From an uncultured Planctomycetota bacterium (GTDB lineage Bacteria > Planctomycetota > Planctomycetia > Isosphaerales > Isosphaeraceae): a stretch of 64,000 nt of DNA. The DNA is taken from contig CAWGMQ010000007.1 of NCBI GenBank assembly GCA_963823665.1, positions 192,001-256,000 on the forward strand, in the 5' to 3' direction. This document shows, one piece after another, positions 10,403-19,775 of this stretch. Position numbers and translations under genes: made by a program. The notes beneath the pieces are model-generated. The model was not told where the DNA came from. It saw only the letters and a program-made list of their open reading frames with translations, and did no database searches. Each line of letters begins with the position of its first letter. Positions within the stretch are counted from its first letter, which is position 1.

Positions 10403-11425
10403 TCAAGAACGCAGCATGGCCATGGTCCGCCAAAACTGCTCGAGGCTTTCGGTGCCTCCGAACAAAGTGGTGAAGATTGTCGAGTCGGCGAGCAGGATAT
10501 CGCCGCCGCGTGTACCTTTTGGCGGCATCCAGATGAATGAATTAAACTCTCGATTCCCCGCAGCGGTGAATGGATGTGGCCGGGACAGGTCGATCGGCTG
10601 TCGCGCCAAAACATGAATGGAGTTCGTAGCTTCTGTTGTCAGCGCATAGTGCGGCAGATGCAGATGGAAGTTGAACGTGGTCACTCCATTCAGCAAACCT
10701 AGTTCGTCCAGATCCTTGTTGATGGAAAGGGGGGCGATCTGATCGGTTCCCTGCACGACGGCAGGCCGCAGCCCGAACTGATTGAGTACGGGCACTTCGA
10801 GTCCGTGCATCAGCGAGCGCGTGTACTGGCCGAATCGCTGCTGGCGCGGCACGAGCTCGTCGCCGTGATGCTTGTACTCCATCTGGCGCTGCTTCATGTC
10901 GCTGGTGAAGCCGACATCGTGATGCGGTGCCAGGATCAGGCATGTGCCTTGCCGATCGAGCCACTCGCGGATGGCGTCGATCTCCACCTGCTCGGCTTCC
11001 TGCTCGGAGACGAGGTGGTCCAGGCCGAACACCATCAACGTGTCCGTGTCTGCAAGAACTCTCTCATCGATCAGGAGCTTGTACCCTGCCTGATCGATGC
11101 GTTGGTAAACAGCCACTGGATGATCGGTCGTCTCACCCACGATCTGCTGGAAAGCGAGGGTGGAGCGATGGAACAACTCCAGGGTACCAGCGATCCCTTG
11201 GAGGAAGTTCGTCCTATCCCACTCGGCACCCTCGAAGCTCGGCCAGCCGACCCGACGGACCTCGGTCATGGTCGAGAAACGATTGTCAAGGTCGGTCGGG
11301 TCGCGGTTCGCTTCCCAGGGATAGCTCCACGTCCAGTAGATGCTGAAACGTCGTCTACCCGGTGTGTACGGCCGCGATGCGTGGTTCTGGTTATAAGTTC
11401 GACCGGTCTGGTTAGTCGCTCCCAT
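10403..11425 (-). CDS. Hypothetical His-rich protein, possibly class I glutamine-amidotransferase-like fold, downstream of Dyp
   Basis: Intact 340-aa ORF with coding-like composition; motifs DTLMVFGLDH, LILAPHHDVG, HHGD, FHLHLPHY, RPHPF. The fold is an inference. Confidence 0.7.
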   Translation of the reverse strand: MGATNQTGRTYNQNHASRPYTPGRRRFSIYWTWSYPWEANRDPTDLDNRFSTMTEVRRVGWPSFEGAEWDRTNFLQGIAGTLELFHRSTLAFQQIVGETTDHPVAVYQRIDQAGYKLLIDERVLADTDTLMVFGLDHLVSEQEAEQVEIDAIREWLDRQGTCLILAPHHDVGFTSDMKQRQMEYKHHGDELVPRQQRFGQYTRSLMHGLEVPVLNQFGLRPAVVQGTDQIAPLSINKDLDELGLLNGVTTFNFHLHLPHYALTTEATNSIHVLARQPIDLSRPHPFTAAGNREFNSFIWMPPKGTRGGDILLADSTIFTTLFGGTESLEQFWRTMAMLRS

Positions 11426-11452
11426 TCCTGTGTCCTTCCGCAGTTTGGTTAT

Positions 11453-12790
11453 TCAGTGCTGACTCGGGCGGCCATCGGAGAGCGTCGCAAGGTATCGGAG
11501 CGCGCTCAGGCCGGGCAAGAAGAAGTACGCTCCTCCTCGGACGGTTGTGAATGCCGGAAGCCCCGTGATTTTCTTGCGGATCGGTCGCTTGGGGATCTTG
11601 AATTCCAGCGTGCCGTCCTGGTTGCCGATGATCGGATCGCGCTCATTGGCGAGTTCATGGAAGTTCTTATCATTGGCCCACACGTTTTGCGCGAACTCGA
11701 ACTGCCGGATCAGGCTCGCGCAGATCACGAAGGCCGCGATCCCGCGCTCCTGGCCGTCCTCCGGCGCGTCTTCCGGCAGATGCGGCCCATAGGTGGCTCC
11801 GCGCCGGATCATGCGGCGCCGGTTCATGTTCGCGGCCGTGTCCCGCGGGTTCATCCGGCGCATGTGCGATCCCAGCGGCACGGCGTAACCGTGCGGGTCC
11901 GATTCCTTGTAATTGAAGTCGTTGTTCCTCTGCGGATCGGCCCCGAGGACAGGATCGTCCTTCTCCGGTGCCAGAACAAGCGGGGCGCCGCTTCGCCAGC
12001 GGCCCATGAGCTTGGCGGCGATCAGTTCCTGCTCCTCCGGCGTCTGGCCGTGCTCGCGCAGGAAGTCTCGGAACGCCCCCACGTGCTCCTCCATGCGGCG
12101 GTAGGCCGCGTAGCTACCGTTGTGGCGGAGAATTTCCGGCTCGGGTTGGCCCGCCACGTAGCCGTCTTCGTCGGGGTAGCCGAGGATGAATTCGCCCGCC
12201 TTGAGCGGACCGCCCGAGCCGGGCGTCGGCTCGTCGCCCGAGCCCTCGATGATCGGCTGCGACAGCCGGTCACGGTAACCGAAGTGGTCGTGGGCGTAGT
12301 CGAGTGGCGGAGTGGCGTCGAGCTCGAGCGACGAGAGCAACTCCACTCCCTCGCATCGCGCGACGAGTTCTCGGTGCTCTGACTGGCAGCGCTCGCGCTC
12401 CGCACAATCGCGGGTAAAGAGTATGGCGATGGCGTGGAGGTCCGGGCTGGCCAGTCCTCCCACCCAATGGTCGGGTCGATTTGCACCCGTGTCGCCCAGG
12501 ATCTCCGCCCGGGCGACCATGCCCTGCTTGAATTCTTCTGGAAACGTGTCCAGCGATGCCGCGTCTACCCCAAGAGCCCGCAGACCGTTCCAGGTGAAGC
12601 CCACAGTCACCCAGCGCCTCTCTTCGGTGACCGAGGCGCGAGCAAGGGCAGCCGATTGCACCGTCGGCAAGATACCCGTGAGCCACGCCTGCCCGGCAGA
12701 AGGATTGCGAAAGGACAGGAACTCATAGCACGCCGCCAGCGCCGGTGCCCGGGCGAGCAGGATGTGTTGAATGTCGTCGAGTTCCAGCAT
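11453..12790 (-). CDS. Dyp-type heme peroxidase
   Basis: LELDDIQ start, HFGYRDRLSQP, GEFILGY, NGSYAAYRRM, KLMGRWRSGAPL, proximal His in SHMRRMNPRD, distal Arg in MIRRGATYG, TTVRGGAYFFLPG. Confidence 0.9.
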   Translation of the reverse strand: MLELDDIQHILLARAPALAACYEFLSFRNPSAGQAWLTGILPTVQSAALARASVTEERRWVTVGFTWNGLRALGVDAASLDTFPEEFKQGMVARAEILGDTGANRPDHWVGGLASPDLHAIAILFTRDCAERERCQSEHRELVARCEGVELLSSLELDATPPLDYAHDHFGYRDRLSQPIIEGSGDEPTPGSGGPLKAGEFILGYPDEDGYVAGQPEPEILRHNGSYAAYRRMEEHVGAFRDFLREHGQTPEEQELIAAKLMGRWRSGAPLVLAPEKDDPVLGADPQRNNDFNYKESDPHGYAVPLGSHMRRMNPRDTAANMNRRRMIRRGATYGPHLPEDAPEDGQERGIAAFVICASLIRQFEFAQNVWANDKNFHELANERDPIIGNQDGTLEFKIPKRPIRKKITGLPAFTTVRGGAYFFLPGLSALRYLATLSDGRPSQH

Positions 12791-12809
12791 GTCGCATCGA
12801 CCCCATGAA

Positions 12810-13361
12810 CTACTGCATCTGGTCGAGCATCGTGGAGAATGCCGCCTTGAGCCTGAGCGCCTTCTTGATCTCGTCGGCACTCACGTAGGGATACTCCCCG
12901 TATTCGAGGAAGCTCGGGCACTGGTGCTCCCGGACGAATTTGATGAAGGCCGCGGGGTTCGACTTCCAATCCTCAGGGAACCCTTCGAGGTTCTCGAAGA
13001 CCGTGTTGATGCCGTATTTCGCGAAGAGGGCCACGGCGTCCTCGGTGTACTTATCGAAGTCGGTGTCGAAGATGCCCTGATACATGAAGTATGTTTCCCT
13101 ACCGATGTCGAAGAGCACCCAGCGCAGGTAGTGCAGCTTGAGCACCTCGAGCGCGTCGGGAAGGCCGGCGATGGTGTCCTCGATCTTCTTTCCATACGAG
13201 CGGATGGTCTGCTCCGTGCCGGGCTTGATCTTGGCGATGATCGTGAAGCCATAGCACGCGGGAGTCTTGGGGAAAATAGGCCCGTATCGTCCCTGTTCTT
13301 CCTCGAAGAATCCCTCCTTCGGGATCGCCTTGGCGGCGGGCTTTGTCCAGTCGTGCTGCAT
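12810..13361 (-). CDS. Hypothetical protein upstream of Dyp
   Basis: Intact ORF (LHYLRWVLFD...YQGIFDTDFDKYTED...FENLEGFP) ending 20 nt before the Dyp start; an alternative start exists at 13427. Confidence 0.75.
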   Translation of the reverse strand: MQHDWTKPAAKAIPKEGFFEEEQGRYGPIFPKTPACYGFTIIAKIKPGTEQTIRSYGKKIEDTIAGLPDALEVLKLHYLRWVLFDIGRETYFMYQGIFDTDFDKYTEDAVALFAKYGINTVFENLEGFPEDWKSNPAAFIKFVREHQCPSFLEYGEYPYVSADEIKKALRLKAAFSTMLDQMQ

Positions 13362-13442
13362 GTCAGCCTTCCTGCCTTTCTTGTCGCGGGCTTTCGCCCG
13401 GTGTTGGTTGATTCCCGGGTCGTTCATTGGACTGGAGCGGTG

Positions 13443-13498
13443 GGAGAGTCTCCAGGTGCATCTCGGGGAGTCTGGGCTAAGGGGTCCGTTACTGTCCC
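13443..13498. repeat. 56-bp direct repeat, copy 1 (copy 2 at 18178-18233)
   Basis: GGAGAGTCTCCAGGTGCATCTCGGGGAGTCTGGGCTAAGGGGTCCGTTACTGTCCC, 53/56 identical to copy 2. Confidence 0.95.
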
Positions 13499-14085
13499 AA
13501 CGCCATTTGCGGAAGCCGCTTGAGTGCAAAGCCGACCATCAGCCACGACACACCTCGAAAGATAAGACTGATGCCTACGAGCACGCCGATGATCACGAGC
13601 CCCGACATCGGAAGCTCTCGCCAGATCATCACGCCGAGGACGACGTCGATCACGCCGCTGAGGAGCAGCCAGCCCCAGCCGCCGAACCGATGAGCCAGGG
13701 CCGCGACGGCCTTGATGATGCCGCCCATGAACAGAAAACTTGCCAGCAGGATCGTCAGCGTGATCCCCCCCTGGATCGGGTTGCCCAGCAGCATCAACCC
13801 GACCACGACGCCCAGGATGCCCGAGAGCAGGGCGATGAAGAACCCGCTCCACTCCTGACACCAGAACGCGCCGACGACCTCCATTCCGCCTCCGATGAGA
13901 ATCAAGACGCCGAGCGCCGTCACGGTCGCGAGGGTGGCGACCACCGGAGATCCGAGGAGGATCGTCCCGAGCACGATCAGGGCAATCCCCAGCGCGACCA
14001 ACCACATCCATTTGCCTCGGATCGCCTGCAGCTCATGACGGATGGCTTTGCGCAGCGGTGTATGGGGGACGCCCGCGGTACTCAT
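13489..14085 (-). CDS. HdeD/DUF308-family acid-resistance membrane protein
   Basis: WMWLVALGIALIVLG, about six TM helices, WGWLLLSGVIDVVLG, GISLIFRG. Confidence 0.85.
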   Translation of the reverse strand: MSTAGVPHTPLRKAIRHELQAIRGKWMWLVALGIALIVLGTILLGSPVVATLATVTALGVLILIGGGMEVVGAFWCQEWSGFFIALLSGILGVVVGLMLLGNPIQGGITLTILLASFLFMGGIIKAVAALAHRFGGWGWLLLSGVIDVVLGVMIWRELPMSGLVIIGVLVGISLIFRGVSWLMVGFALKRLPQMALGQ

Positions 14086-14172
14086 GATTAACCTCCAGAT
14101 ATCTCGAAGAGGAGCAGGATTTCTACCAGTTTCGGATCGGCCGAATTCCCCTCAAGTCGGAGGCGCCGGCGT

Positions 14173-15942
14173 TCAGTGGGTGAAGAGCAACCCCTGATCC
14201 TCGGCACCCGTCCCGATGACGCGGAAGCTCCACTTGTCGTCGGCTTGCCACGAGACACGGCCGACCAGCGCCCCGGCGTCTCCTTCCTGAGCCAGCGTTA
14301 GCAGATTGTTGGTCAGCGACCATTTCCCGGTGAGTTGGCTGGGCTTACCCTTGGCGGTGACTTTCCAGGAGAACGTCTCGTCGTCCCCGATCCGCAGGTC
14401 GATCGTCGTATCACCGGCCGGGCGGGCGGTCCAGTTTCCGGCCAGATTCCCTTGCTTGGCGATTGTCGCCACCGGAGGCGAAGCCGCCGTTGCCGCCGAG
14501 GTGTCTGGTGCCGTTCGCGCCGCCGAGAACTGCTTGACGAGCTGGGCCGAGAGTGTGTCCTGAGGAGCCAGGGCCACGACATGCTTGAGCTGACTCACAG
14601 CCTCCTCGGTGTGGCCCTGGGTCAGGTAGTGGTAAGCCAGCACGAAACGGCCGGACGTCGAGTTCGGATTCGCGGAAATGAACGCCTCCAGCTTGCGGAG
14701 CTGGCTGGTGTACACGTCGATGTTCGGGTAGAGACCGGCCATGGTCGTCCAGTCCCAGCCAGGTCCGACCGAGAGCACGGCGTAAAGCGGCCCCGCCGCG
14801 AGGTCGTACTTCCCGACCGCGAAGAGGACCAGTGCCCGGAACTCGTGAAGCGTAGCGTCGTTCTGAAGGACCTGCAGCGCCTCATCGGTGAGATGGAGGG
14901 CCCCGGCGTAATCGCCGCTGCCAAAGGCCGCACGCGCCGACTCAAATTTCGCGATGGCGGGATTGGCGACCTCGTCAGGGGGCGGTGCCGATTGCGTATC
15001 GATGGGTTGACTGTAGTCATAGGTGTAGGCGGGCAGGGTCACCGTTTGCGGCTCACCTCCGGCGACGGTCTGCTCAATCACGATCGGCTGCACCACCGTC
15101 TCCGCGGCGTAATAGGGGTTCGCGTAGCTGGCGTAGCCCCAGTTGTAGAAGGACGAGCCCAGGGCCCAGGCGGATACTCCGGTCGCGGCCCCCAACGCAA
15201 ACGAACCCCATCCCCAGTTATTGTTGTCATGGTAGCCATGCCAGTAACCGTTGGCCCATCCCTGGTGATAGCCCCAGTACGCGCCACGCCATCCGTTGTA
15301 GGCGGGTGGGCGAGCTCCGTAACCCGGGTCCACGGGTCGATTGATGTTCGCGCCGCCTCCCGGCCGGCTATCGATGCCCGGGCGATTGCCGATCCCCGGC
15401 CGGTTGTCGATGCCAGGTCGATTGCCGATCCCCGGCCGGTTGTCGATGCCAGGTCGATTGCCGATCCCCGGTCGGTTGTCGATGCCAGGCCGATTGCCGA
15501 TTCCGGGCTGTCCACCCACGCCGGGCCGATTGCCGATGCCGGGTTGGCCACCTACACCGGGTCGATTGCCGATGCCGGGCTGTCCACCCACGCCGGGCCG
15601 ATTGCCCAGACCAGGACCGGAGGGAAGAGTTGAAGGACGTCCGGCGCCGGGGCCTGCTCCCGGTCGGCCGACACCACCCGAAGGCCTGCTGGGAAGAGTC
15701 GAAGGGCGGCCGCCCGCTCCGCCGCCCATCGCCGGCCGCTGAGCCGGTCTGGGGCTGCTGACCGCCGGGCTACGAGAGAAGCCCCCGCCCCCGCCGCGAG
15801 ACACCCCGCCGCCGCGGCCCCCACCGCCGCCACGGCCGCCGCCGCCTCCACCACGCCCTCCACGCTGGGCGGTGGCCGCCGGAATCACAAATGCGAGTAC
15901 GACGGCTATTAACAGGAACCCTCTGACCAATCGGGGTAGCAT
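14173..15942 (-). CDS. Secreted protein with RGG and GNRPGI low-complexity repeats, a W/Y-rich segment, TPR domain and C-terminal beta domain
   Basis: Signal peptide; GGRGGGG; PGIGNRPGIDNR repeats; helical repeats ARAAFGSGDYAGAL, LHEFRALVLFA, RFVLAYHYL. Confidence 0.85.
   Translation of the reverse strand: MLPRLVRGFLLIAVVLAFVIPAATAQRGGRGGGGGGRGGGGGRGGGVSRGGGGGFSRSPAVSSPRPAQRPAMGGGAGGRPSTLPSRPSGGVGRPGAGPGAGRPSTLPSGPGLGNRPGVGGQPGIGNRPGVGGQPGIGNRPGVGGQPGIGNRPGIDNRPGIGNRPGIDNRPGIGNRPGIDNRPGIGNRPGIDSRPGGGANINRPVDPGYGARPPAYNGWRGAYWGYHQGWANGYWHGYHDNNNWGWGSFALGAATGVSAWALGSSFYNWGYASYANPYYAAETVVQPIVIEQTVAGGEPQTVTLPAYTYDYSQPIDTQSAPPPDEVANPAIAKFESARAAFGSGDYAGALHLTDEALQVLQNDATLHEFRALVLFAVGKYDLAAGPLYAVLSVGPGWDWTTMAGLYPNIDVYTSQLRKLEAFISANPNSTSGRFVLAYHYLTQGHTEEAVSQLKHVVALAPQDTLSAQLVKQFSAARTAPDTSAATAASPPVATIAKQGNLAGNWTARPAGDTTIDLRIGDDETFSWKVTAKGKPSQLTGKWSLTNNLLTLAQEGDAGALVGRVSWQADDKWSFRVIGTGAEDQGLLFTH
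15361..15606 (-). repeat. Tandem 18/36-bp coding repeats (GNRPGI / DNRPGI / GGQPGI)
   Basis: Repeated CCGATTGCCGAT.CCCGG-type units visible in the DNA and the translation. Confidence 0.9.
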
Positions 15943-16006
15943 CGCTCTTCTCCTGGGGCCTGGAGCCGATGTCTAGGCTGACCGGATAACGGCCAAATGT
16001 ATGGGA

Positions 16007-16969
16007 TCACTTGCCGGGCAGTGGAGCACGTCGGACCAGGTAGAACTGATCGGCGCCAGGCACGACTTCGCCGCCGATCGTTCGTTCCAATGTCTCCCAG
16101 AGGATCCGGTCCTTACCGAGCGCCGTGAACGCGTTCGTGGTTGAGACCGATTGTCCGTCCGAGCGGACTCCCGACGCCTTGTTGATCCAGCGGTCCCCGT
16201 CGCGCGACAGCAACCCCACGGCAAAGCCGCCCCGGTCATCGAAGACCCACGTCCGGAACTGCTTCCGCTCTGCGTCCCAGCCGATGCGCTGGGTGCCGCT
16301 CAGGGCGATGCGCCCCTCAACCTTGACGTCGAACTCCCGGAGCAGAAAGTTGCCGTTATCCGACCACTTGCAGTTAGTCTTGACGATCCCGTCGTCGCTC
16401 TCGTTGACCCACTCGCCGAGCATCCATTCCAGTTGCAGGAGCTGCTCGTGCGGGGAGACCTCGTCGGGCTGCTCGTCGCGGATCCTGGCGTGGAGCCAGC
16501 GACCGTCCTGCCGGGCGTAGATCACGCTGTACGGGTTCGTCTCTGGAGGTACTCCAGCACCCGTCGTGATGGTCGCCGTTCCCTCCTCGATGGCGACATC
16601 TTTTCCGAGGAACCGCAGGGAGTCGGTGTTCACGGCGAGCCTGTGTCCACCGTCTTCCTGGAAAATCTCCGAGAACCGACTGACGATGGCGTCGCGGCCT
16701 CGCGTGATCTCGCCGTCCTCGTCCTCGATCTCAGCTTCCGGGGTGAACAGGGCACCAAGCGTCTTCGCGTCCTTTTCGTTGTAGGCCTTGACGAACGAGG
16801 CGAGCAGCTCGGTGATGGCACGGATGTCACGCTCCCTCTCCGGTGATGCCGCGACCTGTTCGCCGGGCTTTGCCGGGTCGGGCTCCCGCGTCCGGGGGTG
16901 CTGGGCCGCGACCAAGCCCAGGGTTGCGAAGAGTGCCAGGAATCCCAAGGTTGCCGCGTGGACTTTCAT
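16007..16969 (-). CDS. Secreted SgcJ/EcaC (SnoaL/DUF4440-like) domain protein
   Basis: Signal peptide; FVKAYNEKDAKTLGALFTPEA, GRDAI, VAIEEGTA, LEWMLGEW, QRIGWD. Confidence 0.8.
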   Translation of the reverse strand: MKVHAATLGFLALFATLGLVAAQHPRTREPDPAKPGEQVAASPERERDIRAITELLASFVKAYNEKDAKTLGALFTPEAEIEDEDGEITRGRDAIVSRFSEIFQEDGGHRLAVNTDSLRFLGKDVAIEEGTATITTGAGVPPETNPYSVIYARQDGRWLHARIRDEQPDEVSPHEQLLQLEWMLGEWVNESDDGIVKTNCKWSDNGNFLLREFDVKVEGRIALSGTQRIGWDAERKQFRTWVFDDRGGFAVGLLSRDGDRWINKASGVRSDGQSVSTTNAFTALGKDRILWETLERTIGGEVVPGADQFYLVRRAPLPGK

Positions 16970-17118
16970 GATCGATCACTCCGGAGGACCCCCAGAATGT
17001 GTAGCTTGGTCATCGTCATTCCTCCTGTCTCTCGAGCTCCCGGCAGATTTCGAGTCTGGTTCGGTTCCAGGCCCACAATGAAATCGCTCAAGGATTCTGC
17101 CGAGAAAAGATCTCGGGA

Positions 17119-18177
17119 TCACTCCGAACCACCTTCGACGCGTTTCAACGAACGTGCCGGAGTTGACCTGCGGCTAGCGACTTCAGTTTCCAGGTTCGGC
17201 CTTTGTTCCTCCGGACCGCCGACCGGGAGGGACCGACGGGCTCTCATGTGAAGGACCAGGTCGCCGAGCAATCGAGCGGGAAGCTGATCGTAGGACCGGC
17301 GCACTTCGTGGAAGGTGAAGACGAGGAGGTCCAGATCTCCCCTCATATTCAGACCGCCGGGCTCGCCAGGGGCTGCTTCCTGGAACACCTCGGGCGCCGG
17401 ACTGAACACGGTTTCGAGGAGTGGAGAGGCCCACACGCCGTGCCGCTCGTTGCCGGGGACGTAAACCGGCTGTTCGAGTGTGATCGGGCGATCCAGCACC
17501 CACCCGGTCACAGGCGGGAACAGCAAGGCGGTCAGAGGAAAGCTCGCCAGGTACTCCCAGTCGCCAATCCGGACTGGCTCGGAGAGTGCCAGCCCCTCCG
17601 ACCGGAACGCCTTCTCCGTGAGCTCCAGACAGTACAACGAGTCGTCGTCCATGCGGAAGCCATTGTCGAAGGGAACCTGCCGCTCGTACGCGCTACGGCA
17701 ATATCCGATCACTCCGGCAATGTGCTCGCGGTGCCCTAGCTTTATCCGTTTCACCCCCAGTGGTCCCAGGCTGTCGAGCATCCAGACCTCGAAAGGCTGG
17801 CGCTGGATTCCTGCGGACGAGCAGTCATAAACGACCGGCGATCCGTCCTCGATCGCGACGATGCCGGTGTGCGAGAAGGGGCTGCCGGTCGCGCGAGCGA
17901 TGAACCGCCTGAGGGGAACCATTCCGCGCACGACACGCGCATCGCCGAGCCGGAAGACGATGTCTCCCGAGCGGAGCACCTCGCGTCCCCATCGATTCCA
18001 GCGGTCCATCTCCGGATTGGACTGAAGCGGCGGGAGATTCCCGGCCGAGCGGGCGCGGGTCGCTGCCGGTCCCCAGTAATTTCCAGGCCAGGAGGGCGGT
18101 CTCATCCAGTCGGTCGGTTCCGCCGCACCCGGTTCGTACGTCGCCAACGCAATCATCCAGCAGATGAAATGGAGCAC
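17119..18177 (-). CDS. Permuted papain-like amidase (YiiX/YebB-like NlpC/P60, peptidase C92)
   Basis: LRSGDIVFR, FSHTGIV (His first), PFDNGF and LYCLELT (Cys later), the permuted catalytic order. Confidence 0.8.
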   Translation of the reverse strand: MLHFICWMIALATYEPGAAEPTDWMRPPSWPGNYWGPAATRARSAGNLPPLQSNPEMDRWNRWGREVLRSGDIVFRLGDARVVRGMVPLRRFIARATGSPFSHTGIVAIEDGSPVVYDCSSAGIQRQPFEVWMLDSLGPLGVKRIKLGHREHIAGVIGYCRSAYERQVPFDNGFRMDDDSLYCLELTEKAFRSEGLALSEPVRIGDWEYLASFPLTALLFPPVTGWVLDRPITLEQPVYVPGNERHGVWASPLLETVFSPAPEVFQEAAPGEPGGLNMRGDLDLLVFTFHEVRRSYDQLPARLLGDLVLHMRARRSLPVGGPEEQRPNLETEVASRRSTPARSLKRVEGGSE

Positions 18178-18233
18178 GGAGAGTCTCCAGGTGCATCTCG
18201 GGGAGACTGGGCTAAGGGGTCCATCACTGTCCC
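18178..18233. repeat. 56-bp direct repeat, copy 2
   Basis: Directly upstream (minus strand) of the GTG start at 18177; contains a GGAG RBS on the minus strand. Confidence 0.95.
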
Positions 18234-18620
18234 CAGGCCTTTGATGCTGCTGGGGGAGCCTCCGTGCACGGAAATGACTCTGAGCTCGGTTTCTGTACGG
18301 GGGTCAAGCCGGTTCAAGGTCTACCGGCGATTGGGAGCAAAGTCCCACGAATTGGCACATGAGTGATCGCTGGATCGTGTCGGAGCTTTCCGCTGAGGAG
18401 AACCCGCTCGAATTTCAGCCTGACCGCAAGTGGCTGGACAGGAAATATGGGCGCGTGTGTAGCCTCCGGCACACGCAGTCCCCACCCGTCTAGTCACCAC
18501 TCAAAGACCAAGCTCTGGGGTCGCTGACGGCCTCTTCGCCTCGCGATTTCTCCCGACATGATTCTCTTCGGCGATTAACCTACCACAGACCGTACTCCGA
18601 AAGATAGTGGGTTGGTTCGT

Positions 18621-18656
18621 GTGTGTCCTGAGGGGCCAATGCCACAACGTGCTTGA
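18621..18656 (-). pseudogene. 36-bp remnant of a paralog of the TPR protein gene
   Basis: Encodes KHVVALAPQDT, the same peptide as 14553-14588, with five differences that are all synonymous. Confidence 0.6.
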
Positions 18657-18680
18657 TGTGATCGCGCGGCCACTCTTCTT

Positions 18681-19775
18681 TCACTCCCCGGCCATCAGCC
18701 GAGCCAGGGGACGTGTGAGTGCGACGTTCTCGAACACGATCTTTACCATCACCGTCAAAGGCACGGCCAGTACCATCCCGACAACCCCCCAGCACAGGCC
18801 CCAGAACGCAAGCGCCACCAGAACCACGACCGGACTGAGGTTCACGGCATGAGCGGTCAGCCGTGGTTCGATGAAGTTGTTGGTCACGAAGTGCACGAGC
18901 AGGAGCAGCGCCAGAACTGCCAGAGGGCGCCAGGGCGGCTCCAGCTCGAGTATTGTCAGCAAGACCGGTAGCGCCAGGGCGACCAGGCTACCGACGTAGG
19001 GGATAAAATTGCCGATGAAGGCCAGAACGCCCCACGTGCCGGGAAACGACACACCGAAGCTCCAGAGAATGGCCACGACGGGTAGAGCCATGGCCAGGCT
19101 GGAGAGCACCTTGGCTCGGAGGTATGAAGCCATGGCGCGGTTGATCGACTCGATGATCGCGAGCACGTGGTCAGCTCGTTCCTGAGGGAACCCAGTCCGG
19201 ACCCGCGCGGAAAAGCGATTGGCTTCGAGCATCAGGAACACGAGGTAGAACACGACGACGAGCGCCTCGGCGAAGAAACTGGCCGCGACGTTTACCAGGC
19301 TGGAGCCGAGCGCCATGAGCCGCGCGGTGGTCTCCGTCTCGGCCCGAGCCCTGTCCCGGATGGGATCGAGGAGCCAGGCGGGCAACTGGCCCCGGCCCCA
19401 GGTGCGGAGTCGTTCGATCAGCCCCTCGCCTCGCTCGATCAGGATGGGCAGCTCGGACTTGAGGTCCACGAGGTTGCCGTAGATGACCACGGCCAGCCCG
19501 AGCACCACCGCCGCCATGAGCAGCGCCAGGAGCGGACCGGAAAGCTTCGCCGGGACCCTCCGGCGCAACGCGCGGTGAGCCGGCAGGATCGTGTAGGCCA
19601 GGAACACGGCCAGAATCAGGGGACGGAGCAGCGGAGCCAGTTCCTTGAGCAGGTACCAGCTTCCCGCCGCGCACAGCACGGCCGCGGCCACCGTGTACAG
19701 CGGGATCAGGTCAGGCCGCGATTGAGCCGCCGGGCCCTCCACGACCACTCCAGGTACGTCCTCGCTGGGCTGCAT
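18681..19775 (-). CDS. AI-2E family transporter
   Basis: LRPLILAVFLAY, NFIPYVGSL, NFIEPRL, LSPVVV..WG..WGVVGMVLAVPL; GGAGG RBS before ATG19775. Confidence 0.9.
   Translation of the reverse strand: MQPSEDVPGVVVEGPAAQSRPDLIPLYTVAAAVLCAAGSWYLLKELAPLLRPLILAVFLAYTILPAHRALRRRVPAKLSGPLLALLMAAVVLGLAVVIYGNLVDLKSELPILIERGEGLIERLRTWGRGQLPAWLLDPIRDRARAETETTARLMALGSSLVNVAASFFAEALVVVFYLVFLMLEANRFSARVRTGFPQERADHVLAIIESINRAMASYLRAKVLSSLAMALPVVAILWSFGVSFPGTWGVLAFIGNFIPYVGSLVALALPVLLTILELEPPWRPLAVLALLLLVHFVTNNFIEPRLTAHAVNLSPVVVLVALAFWGLCWGVVGMVLAVPLTVMVKIVFENVALTRPLARLMAGE

Noticed and set aside
11453..12790. Dyp as encapsulin cargo
   Set aside because: No encapsulin gene nearby and no C-terminal GSL.IGSL-type targeting peptide.
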